Source of the DNA: Lama guanicoe
Lineage: Eukaryota
Length of the DNA stretch: 64,000 nt
Direction of reading: 5' to 3'
NCBI GenBank assembly: GCA_013239625.1
Contig: MU054212.1
Location: 8,393,084 to 8,457,083 of the forward strand
The translations under genes were made by a program, and so were the position numbers. Positions 12,543 through 24,426 of the stretch are shown in pieces. The notes beneath the pieces were generated by a model, which saw only the letters and a program-made list of their open reading frames with translations, searched no databases and had not been told where the DNA came from. Each line of letters begins with the position of its first letter. Position 1 is the first letter of the stretch.

Positions 12543-14245
12543 GAGCGCTACCTGGGAACAGCACGGGCACGGTAATTTCGGCGTTCTCGGATTACAGCCA
12601 GGCAGAGCCCTTGTGCTCCCCACGCTCCTCAGGGAAAGGAGGCAGAGGCTGGAAGGAACCCTGTGCATGGGTGGAGGGGCCTGGCTCACTCCCCTCCCTC
12701 TTCCTAGTAGCTGTGCAGTTTCTCCCCTTGAACTTCAGACTCCTCCAGTGTAAAGTGGAAATGCCGCTATGCCCACCTCACAGGACTGTAGTGAGCATTA
12801 GATGGAAAGACTGTTTTATTCCCTTAGGTGCAGTCATCGCGCTGTCAGGAAGAGCTGGCGTTCGCTCCCTGACACAGAGCAGGGCAGAGAGGGTCCCGTG
12901 TCCTGATGCATACGGTTGGGGAGCTTTTCTTATGGACTGAGACAGCCTGGGAAGGGGCGTCCAGCCTCAAGGACATACTCCCAACGCAGAGCTCCTAAAT
13001 TGAGTTTTTTGCTCTTTTAAAATTACTAGGTGCTCTTTCCAAAAATTCCAAAATTTCAGAGTAAAAAGTTCCCTTTCTTCATCACTCCTACCCCAAATCC
13101 ACTCCCTTCTCCAAAGGAGGCAACTGTTAACTCCTTGGCATGAATCTTTTCACACCCTTTCTCATTGATTTTTTTTTTTTTGTTACTACAAAAATGGGGT
13201 TTGTCTGTGGTTTTGTGATTTTTTTTTTGTTCACTTAGCAATATACCATATGTGTTTTTTCATGTCTAAATCTGACTTTTTGGATAGTGGGCTTTTTTAC
13301 CAACCCTATTCACTTAAATTAGAGAAAAAAGATAAAGAAGGAAAATAAGTAAATAAAAGACTTCTTACAAAATAAGAGGTGACCCTCGCTGTAGACTAGG
13401 AAATCAGCTTCTGACAGAGTGCCCACGGGGTCCGGCCCCTTGTCTGTGGGGAGGGCCCTGGCCAGGCCGCGCTGCCAGGAGGGCGTGCCTCTGCTCCCCG
13501 AGGCCCTCAGGCCTCCCCCTGCCGTCCCCACGACGCGTTCTGTCCCCAGAGTTCCGTCTTGCCTGTCTCCCCTGCTCCTGTAGCCACGTTTGCCTCTGAG
13601 GCTGAGCCAAAAGTTGGCCCTCTGCCGCTGCATAAGCAAAGAAATGGCAGCGTCGAATTTCAGAGAAAATGGTAACTGAGTGGGCACAAACTCTTCAGTT
13701 ATTGTTTCTTTACAAAACCTTCCAGACCAGGCAAGCAGGGAGTCTGGGGATACCTCATTTTCAAGGTCTGATATTGAAAAGACCAGAAACTCTCTTATCT
13801 TTATCTCTGGTGAGCAGTTTCCTCCCCCGTTGTTATTAGGGGAGATACCAGTCACCGTGGCCTCAGCTGGATCCCTGGAAAAAGCCCTCGCAGTACTCCA
13901 CATTGCAGAAGCCCGGGCCGTGCCCTCCGCGCTCCTGCTGAAAAGACCCAAGACTCCGAGTCACCGGGGCTGGTGAGGGTGACTCATCTTCCTGACCCCA
14001 GCGGAGGAAAGCCATGTGTTTGGTGCACACTGTGCGCCTGTCAGCAGTCAGCATCCTGTTGGCCAGGAAAACGCTGCCTCTTCCCCGGGAAAGCCTTTGT
14101 CTGCAGCTGGGACAGAGGCACCAGTGGACAGAGGCCACCGAGTCATGGAAGAAAACCAGGCTGAATTCAGGGGTTCTGTGTCTGCAGTGGGAAGAAAGAT
14201 GCCCCCATTTTCCCACCGAATCCTGTCACCAAAACAAGTAGGCAG

Positions 14246-14385
14246 GGGGAGGGTACAGCTCAGTGATAGAGGCCGTGCTTGGCATGCACAAGGTCCTGGG
14301 TTCAATCCCCAGTACCTCCATTAAAAATAAATAAATAAATCTAATTACCCCCCCAAAATAGTTTTAAAAAAAGAAAACAAAACAA
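14246..14385 (+). mobile_element. tRNA-derived SINE of camelid Vic-1 type
   Basis: GGGGAGGGTACAGCTCAGTGATAGAG...GGTTCAATCCCCAGTACCTCCA (A and B boxes), (AATA)n/A-rich tail, 15-bp TSD AAAACAAGTAGGCAG (14231-14245, 14386-14400). Confidence 0.88.
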
Positions 14386-15865
14386 AAAACAAGTAGGCAG
14401 TTGGCCCTTTTTTTGTTTTTAAGGGTTTCCTAGCCCATTATTACAGGGAAACAAATAATGGTAGCAGACATGGTGAATACCAAGGAAGGCATAAACCAAA
14501 AATGGTTTTGAAGAGTCCTGCGGGTGGTTTCTGTTGCCCCCCACCTGGAGGAGCTCATTCGTCAGAGTCCTCCCCACCCACCCCATGACTCCTCGCCTTC
14601 TCTGGCCTCAGCCATAGACCACTTACTTACTTAGCTAGTTATTTACTCATTCCCTTGCTCCATAAAAAAGTTGAGACAGCTTATAAAAATACACAGAATA
14701 AAGAATAGAATAAATGACCAAGATAAGCGATGAAGAGGACAAGGAAAAGAGCTGGCGGAGCCAGCAGTAAGGTGAGCACACGGAGTGTCTGTCAGACGCT
14801 GCTGCTCGGTGACGACAAGTGGGCTGCACATTTGGATCTAGGAGTCCTTGGAGCCAAAGAGAAGAGACAAAGTAGTCAGGCAGAAGGTGCACTCGGCAAG
14901 TCGGGAAAAGACCCACCTTTTAAATACAGAGACCAGAAAGAGATGAGGGATCACAGCTCACACTTGCTGGGCATGTGGGCCAGGGACGGAGTTACATGCC
15001 CTTCTGACATTTTCTCATTTGATTCTGGCAGTCATGCCGGGTGGATATGATGATTATGATGCTCGCCTTACAGATAAGGAAACTGAGAATTTGAGAGTAA
15101 GTTAGTAATTTGCCCAAGATCAGAGAGTTAGTCCGCTGCAGAAATGAGAGACAAACCCAGGCTATCCGTCTCCACGTCTGGGGGCCAAGCCAGGTTGCTC
15201 GCCCTGCAGGGCAGTGTGGGACCCTCCAGGGTGTTTCTGCAATAGATGCAATAGGGATTTTTGTAGGACTGTGTGTCTTCACTTCTTTCAATACAGTTCC
15301 TTAATATAGGCACAAAAGCGTAAATGCATTTGAAATTCTGTAAAAGCAGTTCCTTGAACCATTCTGTCCACATGCTTAGTTCTTTGATGCTCTAATTTCC
15401 TTCTCTGTGTAGCTGTATAAATATTGCAAGTTCTACCAGGAATGAGGACACGTATTTTCTCAAGCTACAGTCAGTCATTTTAATGCATCCCAAACCCATT
15501 CTAGTACATTTTTATTTACTCCCCATAAGAAACACGAAGCTGATGTCTTTGGTCTCTCCATTCCCATGCCTACCCTTACACAGGAAATACTCGTACAGCC
15601 TTCCCGGACAACAGAGCCCACAATGAAGACCTCTGCTGAGAATATCTCGAGGACATTTTCACCTGCCTTGTGGTTCTTTTCTTCCAACTAATTCTCTGTG
15701 AAATGCTTTAGGAATTGGGTGTCCCCTCTATTCAAGACTATGTACCATTCAACAGCATTCCTCAAATTTTTAATTTCCACAAGCCACTTCACACTCATGC
15801 AAATCACCAATTTTAGGTAAAAGTTCATCACAATTTTTTATAATAAAAACATCACATTCTTTAAA

Positions 15866-16255
15866 AAAAACTTTTTATTATGAAGAAATGCAAACACCTA
15901 TGAAAGTAGAATATTATAATGAACGTCTAAGTACCCATCACTCAGCTTCAACAATGACTGACTCCTGGCCAATCTTGTTTCAACACTAGCCCATCCACTT
16001 CCTCTCTCCTGTATTAGCCTGAAGCAAATCCCAGATAACATATCATTCCATGCATAAATATTTCCGTGTCTGTCTCTAAAAGATATGAATCCTTTCTTTT
16101 AACATTACAAGACCATTATCAACACTAAAAGTATTCATTCATAAGAGTTCCTAAAACTCATCAAATATCAAATTTCCAGTTGTCTCAAAAATGTGCTAAT
16201 TTCTTTTTGTTTGAATCAGGATCCAAATAAGGCCTGCACGTTTCTATCAGACGGG
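15866..16255 (-). mobile_element. Old L1MC-type 3'-end fragment
   Basis: tttttattatgaagaaatgcaaaca...gtacccatcactcagcttcaacaat...gaagcaaatcccaga...ttgaatcaggatccaaataagg. Confidence 0.7.
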
Positions 16256-17287
16256 GCATTATTTTAAATAACACTAAGCATTTGTAAGAGGACATCATTT
16301 TCAACCTCTTCCCAGGATACCTGTCCTCTATGCTCTGGCTTCCTTACTCCGTACTCCATTACCTTTCATTTTTACTAAGTTAAGCACTCCCAACTCACAG
16401 TTGCAGGTCACTAGGAACAGCATCAAGTACCTCATGTCACTTTTCAGTGGCCGTGGATTCAGAAATGAGAGATTTCTCATTGAAAACACTTTCGGCTTGA
16501 TTACAGAACACTTCCAAAACCCGGATGGATGTATGCTTTAACCTTGGTGATGGGGGCAAAATGCGTCCCCCTCATCCACATGGGCTGCTCCCAGCTCTGG
16601 AAAGCATTTGTCTAACATTACAGGTAGTTCCAAACTCTGCCAGATGATAGATTGCACTATTCCTCTTGAAGTGAAGACCAGTATCAGATATTGGGAAAGT
16701 CAGACTCCACTCAGAGCAGATTGGGCCTCATTTTGATCTTATGAAAACAATCTGGTTTCTCAGCTAATTGTTTTCTCTTTTAAGGGACTGAATTTATCCT
16801 TTGGATACTACAGGCCAGTGCCAGAATTGACAGGGTCTCTGAGACAAATCACCAGTGGGCGTGCTGTGATGGGCTAGGTCAAACACCATCCGAAGTTGTG
16901 GAAAGGCCCTCTGAGGGCAGAGGGGAAAGCAGAGGTGTGAGGGTCAGACTATTGCAAAGAGCAGTTAGAAGGACACCAAAAACGTCCAGGCAGGAGGCGA
17001 TATGTTCCTGAAGTTGGGTACGAACCAGGCTAATAGAAGAGAAAGGATCAGTGTGGACGAAGTGGGAGCTTGGGGACCAATTGAACATGGCAGGTAAAGA
17101 TAGACGAGGGCGGAATTGTCAGTGTCATTCATGTTTCTGGCTCCAGTGCTGGGACAGTTTAAAAAGGAGTCCTAAATACACACACACGAGGAACCCCGTT
17201 CTAAACTGCCCATGGGCCTGGGGCGCGCAGAGCCAGCCGACCTGTGAATTAGAAAACACACCCCACGTGAAGTGCTCTTTGCAGTCA

Positions 17288-18500
17288 CAGCGAGGGTCTC
17301 AGCACTGCTGCACATCAGAATCGTCCGGGGAGTTTAAAAGACACTGTGCCCCACCCCCACCCCGCAGCTCAGGCCGGCTGAATCCGAATCTCTGTGCGTT
17401 TTGACATCTTCCTCTACACCTCCCCCAGCAGAAGCGATGCCAGCGTACGGCCGGGGCTGAGAACCACTGGGCCAGGCATGGACAGCAAGGGCTGTTTCAG
17501 CACCAGATTACCCGTCTGTTCCAAAACCAGTGGGAGGACTCCTTCCCGGAGCTGCTCACAGCTTGAAGCTGAGTTTGGCTCAGCTTGGATCCCTCTTGCT
17601 TGGGGTGAGAGAAGTGACCTGACCTTCGGAACTCAGCTCTGGCAAAAAAAACGCTGGCAAGGAAGGCCTGGCAGGGGAACAGGAAAGAAGGGAGCCAGGT
17701 GTCTGGCACACGTGCTTCCCCTCTGCCTGTGGAAGGGGGCGGTTCTCACCCTCCTGTGCGTCACATTCATGCTGGCTGGGACACTTGTCAAATGCAGATG
17801 CCTGGGCCCCACTCCCTGAAGGGGTTAGAAGGTCCAGGGTGTGGCCCAGGAATCTGCATTTTAATAGGTCCCAGGTGACTCTGACAGAGGGCTTATGGCG
17901 CACACACCCCTCCCCTGAAACCTGGATTGACCTGCAGGGGTCTGTGGGCCCCCATGGTGGATGCGTGCCAGGCAGGGATCCTCTTTCCTCCCCGACTCTG
18001 GCCCAGGGGAGTCTGAATAGTTAGGACCGAGGTAGCCCCCAGCAATCAGTGTTAGAAATGATTAGAATTTCCATTTCTAGAAGTGGTTAGCATTAGATAC
18101 TGGGACACCATACAAATCGGGGGGACTTCATGGAAAAGAAGTGGACCTGCCCCAAGTTTTCTCTGTGTAATAGACGGTGGAAGCCGAGCAGGAAGGGCCC
18201 TCAACTCACCCCTTGTTTCCACCAAGAGAGAAACAGGGGGTTTTCCTAGGCCACCTGCTGGCAGGAGGGGCAGGAGTGCGAGCAGGATCCCAGGAAGCAG
18301 CCTCTGGCCTCTCAGAGAACTTCGTGTCGGCTGTGGGTTCAAAGTGAGGTTCCTGGGCCAGCAATGCAGCATCACTTGTTAGAAATGCCAGTTCTTGGGC
18401 CCCAGCCCTAATCTGCGGGTCAGTCACTCAGCAGTGGGGCTCCGCCTGTTACAACAAGGCCTCAGAGGTTCTATTTGCGCCAAGGTTCAAGGACCCTGTA
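17288..18500. mobile_element. Cluster of MER5-type hAT MITEs (about 17288-17470, 17740-17900, 18330-18500)
   Basis: cacatcagaatc...gagaaccactg; aaatgcagatgcctgggcccca; gcccaggaatctgcattttaa. Confidence 0.65.
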
Positions 18501-19463
18501 CCACAGGCTCCAGTCTTCAGTGCTCATGGGCTTAGGGATGGTTCCCACTCTCCTGGCCATCACTGGAGGGGGAGGGAGAAGCCACACCACACCCCTCCTC
18601 TCCCCATCAGCTACTGGGAAGGGGCTGGGTGACACAAGGGGCTGCTGCGCCAGGAGGAAAGGAGGTCAGGTTCTGGGCCACTGCCACCTGTCTGGCAGGC
18701 TGCTCCTTCCCCAGCTGCTCCTCTCCCAGCTGCCCCTCAGCTTTGTTTTTCCTTTCTCTATGCTCCAAGGAGTGTAAGAGGGGCTTTCCCTCAAAAAGAA
18801 AAGGCACCTGGGGGGCTAACCTCCCCGCCCCGCAGCAGAGGTAGCTCTGGCCTAGAAGCCCCAGGGTCTGGTTCCGCCGTCCTCCAGAGAACTGCGGGGA
18901 TGGGCTCGGAGTACGTCTCCTTCTGGCCCAAGCACATCCCCTTCTCAGAGGACGAGGTCACGAGCCCTGTTCGGCAGCAAGCAGCATCCTAGACCAGGAT
19001 AAAGGCCCTTCTAGTCTTGGAAGGGGTGAGTGTTCACACCCCACACCTCCAGGAACAGGCCAGGGTGGTGTTTTAGGCAGCTCAGGCTGCTCTGAATGAC
19101 AGACCAGGCGGCTTAACTAGCAGACACATCTCTCTCGGTTCTGGAGGCTGGGAAGAATGGCTGATTCAGAGGCCGGGGCCCAGGGCGACAGGGCGAGTTA
19201 CTCAGCTCTTCTCCAGCCCCGATTCTGGACCTCTTTCCAGCATTCTGAACAAACACAAAGACGAACGTGCTCCAAGAGGGAGCCACCAGGATCAGGGGCA
19301 ATCCAGCCTCACTGTCAGGACTCACTGTAGAGTCTTTAAACATGTCATAAGAGAGTTCACAGCTTTGAAGCAAAAATTTGAGCACTTACTTGGGTTAAAT
19401 GAAAAGCACAATTTTATATTTTCTTGTCAAACAACTTTACTTGCGGCAACAACTGAAGTATAA

Positions 19464-19469
19464 TTTAAT
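19464..19469 (-). terminator. Candidate INO80C polyadenylation signal (ATTAAA)
   Basis: TTTAAT on plus strand about 200 nt past the stop codon, followed by U/GU-rich sequence on the minus strand. Confidence 0.5.
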
Positions 19470-19666
19470 TCAACAGGAAACATCACACTTGGAGAGAAAA
19501 CATAGAAGAAAAAAAAAACCCTTAAATTAAAGCCAAACATTCTTTCCAAGGCACAACACTGACATTTCCAGATTGACAGCAGAATGAGTTTGTTTCCATG
19601 AAACAAAATCTTGAGTCCAAAGTCTGCCTTTGAAACAGTTCTCCACTTCACTCCCCTCCTCCAGGC

Positions 19667-19798
19667 TCAGGGAACGATGCTGGTGGCCTTCCTCAGGGCC
19701 AGGTAGCCAGTGACCACGTCGGACGGCAGCCTCCGAATGTAGGAAAACTCTTCGATGGTGCTGAAACGCAGCTTGCTCTGGGGGTCAGTGTAGTTGGC
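19667..19798 (-). CDS. INO80C: INO80C last coding exon (132 nt incl. TGA), YL1_C-type domain
   Basis: Acceptor ttctcccccag|GCC; translates ANYTDPQSKLRFSTIEEFSYIRRLPSDVVTGYLALRKATSIVP*. The five exons total 579 nt = 192 aa + stop. Confidence 0.97.
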   Translation of the reverse strand, partial: ANYTDPQSKLRFSTIEEFSYIRRLPSDVVTGYLALRKATSIVP

Positions 19799-20149
19799 CT
19801 GGGGGAGAAACAGGCATGGAGAAGGCAGAAGGTGGTTGTTGGAGGTGATATTCAAGTTCAGGTTTAAAATTATTTTATGTTTTACTGAAAGTGAAATGTA
19901 TCTTCATCTGTCACCAAGAACACAAAATTGCTCACTTTGGCAAAGACACGTGAGCTTCCCAGACTTGAGAAATGCTTCAGGGTACAGACGGGAAAGGAAA
20001 CCCCCACATCAGACCCCGGGGCTCCTCTGCTTGGTGCCTCAGGGCCACGCGCAGCACATCCAAAACTGAATCTGTGACGATCCCTGCCTTCAGACTCACA
20101 CCTGCTTCAAACACATATTCTGGATCTGTTTCCCAAGGCAGGGAGGGGC

Positions 20150-20850
20150 ACCCTGCCAACTGCACTCCTCTCCCACCCTTCCTCCCCCTCCCCAGGCCAT
20201 TGCCATGGCTCCCCGGGCTACACTGCAGTGCTGGACTGTCTACCACAGCCTCTTCCCCTGGAAGGGACGGCCATCCTAAATCTACGGCAGGGGCATTGTC
20301 ACAGCTTGCAATTCTGATCATGTCTTTCCTCGTGCAACCTCTCAACGGCTCTTCTCCATTCTCAGGACAAAGGGCCAAGTCCACAGCATGGCTCCTCAGA
20401 CCCTGCCTGGGCCCCCTCCTTCCTGAGCCTGTTCCTCAGCCACATGTCCCTACTCTCTGGATCTGGACCCTGGCTCGAAGTCCCTCCCTCCTGTCGTGCC
20501 CCATTCGCCCTTCCCTTGCTCAGTAATTGCCTGCCCATCCTTCAGGACTCAGCCCCAAGCCGCGTCATCTGGGAAGTCTTATGTGCCCCCACTGGCCTCC
20601 ACTCTCACGTGCCCCTCACCACATCTGGCTCCTGCAGAAGGCTTATCTCTGCTGCTTCTACATTTATTATCTGCCTGACTCCCTGACTGCAGTCCAGGCT
20701 GAGAAGCGGCTCCACGAGGCCAGAACCCTGTGGCTGGCTTATCACTGACTCCTGGCTGCGCCGTCTCCTAGTGCGATGCAGAGCGCACGGCAGGCCTCCA
20801 GTTAGTGTTTGTCCTGCGAATGAGGGATGAGTGAATGAATGAACAAATGG
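20150..20850. mobile_element. L2 3' fragment
   Basis: L2-like text ending in the gtgaatgaatgaa tail; further L2 remnants at about 27650-28100, 36780-37430 and 54240-54640. Confidence 0.6.
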
Positions 20851-23800
20851 ACGATCAAGACAATCACGGGAAAGAAAACTTGTTTCCCGCAGACATGTCC
20901 AAATCCCCCTTTGGTCTTGTTCTCCCCATGTGCCAAGTGGTGAAAGTAATTCACTTACTGTGCCTCCAGGCACATGGCTTTGACAGACTTTGAAACAGAA
21001 AACCCGAAAGTGAGTCATTTGGAGCTCCTCTCAAAAATTATAAAAGATGCCATTAACGTCTAGACAGACAACATCTAATTACTCAAGTGTGGATTGTCTG
21101 CACCGGCACTGATCATCTCTGCGTGGACCAGACTGGCAGCAATGCTGAGATTTAACAAGGAAGGAGGCCCGATGAAGCAGCACCAAGCTGGAGGGAACTC
21201 AGTTGTCCTGGGTTTCTCACAATCTCAAAAGTCTTCAATTCCACCACTGGGGACCTCCCTAAGGTATTTGACGTCTGTGTGTCAGGAAAATGAGATTATT
21301 CCTAAAAACCTAAGATTAATTAAAGCTCTGTATGAAACAAAACTTTGATCCTCTGGCTTAATCTGACTATTGCCTTTCTGTACTGCATGTCCTTTAATGA
21401 CAGTCACATAAAGGAAGGCTTAACTAGAAAAACAGTAGCAAGTCCCTATGAGGGCTCCTGCCTGAGGCGGTGAGATGTCCTAACAGGCAGGGAGGCTGCC
21501 CTGCAGTTCCGAGCAGGGGTGCAGGCGCATGTGTCTGGCTTTGATCATCAGGCCTCCATGGATGAACCAGCTCTGGCCTGGCTCCATCCCTGTGGCTGCC
21601 CAACTCCCACCCCGAACTGTGCCGAGCCGGCCCGCCCAAGTTCAGACCTCACTGCCAAGAAGACTGCTGAACAAATAATGCGGAATACAGAATACCACTG
21701 CACCAACAAAAAGGCCAAACAGAAACCCGAACAGATGGGACCCGACTCGGTGTTCTGAACAGAGGGAAGGAGGCTGAGTGACATGTCTGAGACGAACAAG
21801 GGAAGAACCTCACCCCTACGCCTGCCCTCCTCTGGTCGCCGTCTCTCCAGCCTGGGGGAAGCAAAGGCCCCCTTCCCCGAGGGCAGGCAGCAGGTGGCTT
21901 TACTGCCTCCCTTGTTGCAGGAGGCAGACAGTGTTCACTACTCCCCCACCTCACCCAGAGCCTCATAACAAGGGCTGAGCGCAGGTGCGGCCCTGTGCGC
22001 CTTCCTGCCAGGCCGCAGCGCAGGGGAAGCAGCCACTTGGCAGGTTGGAACAGAGCGGTCAGTGTAAACACCAGCTGGCCTTTACTGTTTAATTATGTCA
22101 CTTTAATTTGTGTAAGTAACAGGTGAACATATTCTCCGCTAAAAAAGAAAGAAAACATTACGAATAAGACTGAAGTCCCCTTTTACCACCATGTACCATC
22201 CAGAAGTCTTGTGTCTTCCCCCGAGGAAGGCACTGCTAGGTGGGCAGCCTTCCAGACCATGTTTATACAGACCCTTACACACACAGACACACCAGAGAAG
22301 TTACCCGGTATTTTTGTGTGAGTGTGTACTGATTTTCACTTAAGTGGTACCAGGTCCTTAAACTGCTTTGCACCTAAACAGTACATCTTGGAAGTTCATC
22401 CATGTTGTTACCTATACATCAAACTCACAGAACAGTATGAACCTCCCCCGCCCCACCCCACTGGCTGACCTTCACGTTGTTTCTAAAATATTGCCAACAC
22501 ATTTTCTCATACGCATTTCTGTATGAAGCTCCTTGTACACACTCTTTTTCTAGGGAGCTGCGCAGAAGGCAGATTCCTGGGTTGTCAGCTTCTGCTTTTT
22601 GGTAGGTAGTATAAACTCTCCTCCCAAGAATCGGGACCAATGTGGACTCCCATCTCAAAGCAGCCACGTAGGAGGGTATCCATTTCTCTATGTTGGTGAC
22701 AAGGTGTGTAACCAAGTGTCTTCATTTCTTCCCTCCCTGATGAGTCTTCTTCCTAATTATCAGTGAGATTGATTATCTACATAGTGGTCATCTGTATTTC
22801 TTCCTTGTGATCGTCTGTTTATATCCTTTTAGCTAATTCCTCTACGGGGTTGTCTTTCAATGATTTGAGAGAGTTCTTTGTATATTCAGAATTGCTTAAG
22901 TCTTACATTCAGTGGGGCAAGAGGTTAGTCATGTGTAACATGATGAGTCCTTTGCCAGTAACATCAAGGGGCCTGGAACAATGCTTCTCAAAATGATTTT
23001 CATGCTTCCCAGTATGTGCAAACAAACCGCTACCCTAACAGATGAGCTGCCTGATAATGGGGAGGATAAGGCGCCATCCTAAGGAACCACCCTCCAAGTC
23101 TGCCCATAAACCACGGGGTCCGTGCTGCAGGCTCAGCACAGAATGGTGCCGGGAGAAGTTTCCACCTTGGGCCTTCACAGAATAACTGGTGCCAGACTAG
23201 CTCTCCTTCTATAAACAACTATTAAAATGGGTCAAAGATATGAGGCAACTATTTTCAGGCAGTAGACAAGAGATAGCCTGAGACTACAACATTTCTCTCA
23301 AACTGAAGTCCCCTCAGGGGACCTTAACACGCACACACACACACCATTTGATAGTGCTTCTACTCTCCTTGTTTTTAAGGATCATTATATTTAAGGTCTG
23401 TGCTAACAAGCTGGTAGTACACGAGGAGGCTGTGCTCTTTGGAGGAGAAAACATGACTAATTCAGAGAGGAAAATTAACATTATGTTCAAAAATAGGATG
23501 AAAACTCAAATCTTCCCCAATGTAAAACGCCCATCATTAATTTCGTTTGTTATAGAAGTTGGAGTCATACATTTTCATAAAAGGATAAAGCATTTAAATG
23601 ATGTATATGAGTTTTAAAAAGTGAAGTCTCATTATTTCTACGATTATGAGAGGAAGCCCATCTTCCAAATTTAATAATAGTGAAAAAGGAGAGTGGAAAG
23701 TTTCACACTTAGTCTACATTCTGCAAATAAGGAAATGACGTTCTCAACCCAAGTCCCACTCATCCAACTACACTGCCGGTTTTCAACTGTGTTTCCTACG

Positions 23801-24358
23801 AGCACCCGCAGGGGTCCCTGAGGTGGGGAGTGGGGAGAAGGACAGAGGAACAGATCCACATGGGACCACAGTGGGTAGCTGGGCCCCAGAGGATTCTGTA
23901 AAAGATTTCATTTGGAAAAGGGATCCTGATGCTTAAAAATAAGTTTGAAAATCATGACTCTTACCATAGTGCCTCGTTACAGAAGTTTAACTATTTTTTT
24001 TAAAGTACAATCATCTCTAAAATGCAGGAAAATTTTTAAACTTTAGCAGTAAAAAAGAGAAATCATTGGTTTTTTTTTGGTTTTTTGATGTTATCATATA
24101 CAATTAAGAAGCAGAGGAAGGGGAAGTAAAAGTCAGGCCTCCTGCTTTCTGGAGCAGTCCTCGCTCCAGGCTGCCCACATGCTGCCCCTGGTTGCGTGAA
24201 AATAAATGCGTGAACGCTTCAGCACAAACCCATTACCTATTCAGAGTGTACAGCCTCCAGGCAGGACCAGTGTCGATATTCAGCACTGTCTGAACAGACA
24301 GGACTGTGAAATCTTTTCAATTCAGTGTTGTGAGACGTAGAGATGGAATTATACTCAC

Positions 24359-24426
24359 AAGAAGACCTGAGACATCAGAATACTTCTTGGCTGGTTTGAA
24401 GGACGGAGGGGCATCAATACTGAAGT
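24359..24426 (-). CDS. INO80C: INO80C coding exon 4 (68 nt)
   Basis: Acceptor tttttttccctag|AC completes a TAC (Tyr) codon; then FSIDAPPSFKPAKKYSDVSGLL; donor CTT|gtgagt. Confidence 0.96.

Larger units (their letters stand above)
27..14520 (-). pseudogene. Putative decayed HMGXB3-like (Zisupton/KDZ transposase-derived) gene fragments
   Basis: Colinear motif resemblances on the minus strand at about 14120-13986, 13906-13631, 2342-2310, 2022-1981, 1770-1747, 1650-1570 and 164-104, with stops and frameshifts. By-eye comparison to a remembered HMGXB3 sequence only. Confidence 0.5.

Noticed and set aside
14246..14320. Apparent tRNA gene
   Set aside because: A-rich tail and 15-bp TSD show it is a tRNA-derived SINE.
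15530..15640. EVFIVGSVVREG...KDISFVFL as a cGAS/OAS-like nucleotidyltransferase motif
   Set aside because: The two halves are in different frames, the second Asp is missing, and the similarity is too short.
24237..24289. Possible 53-nt alternative INO80C exon (ttcag|...AG|gtaatg)
   Set aside because: Would need a 69-nt upstream intron and would shift the frame; no supporting evidence in the sequence.
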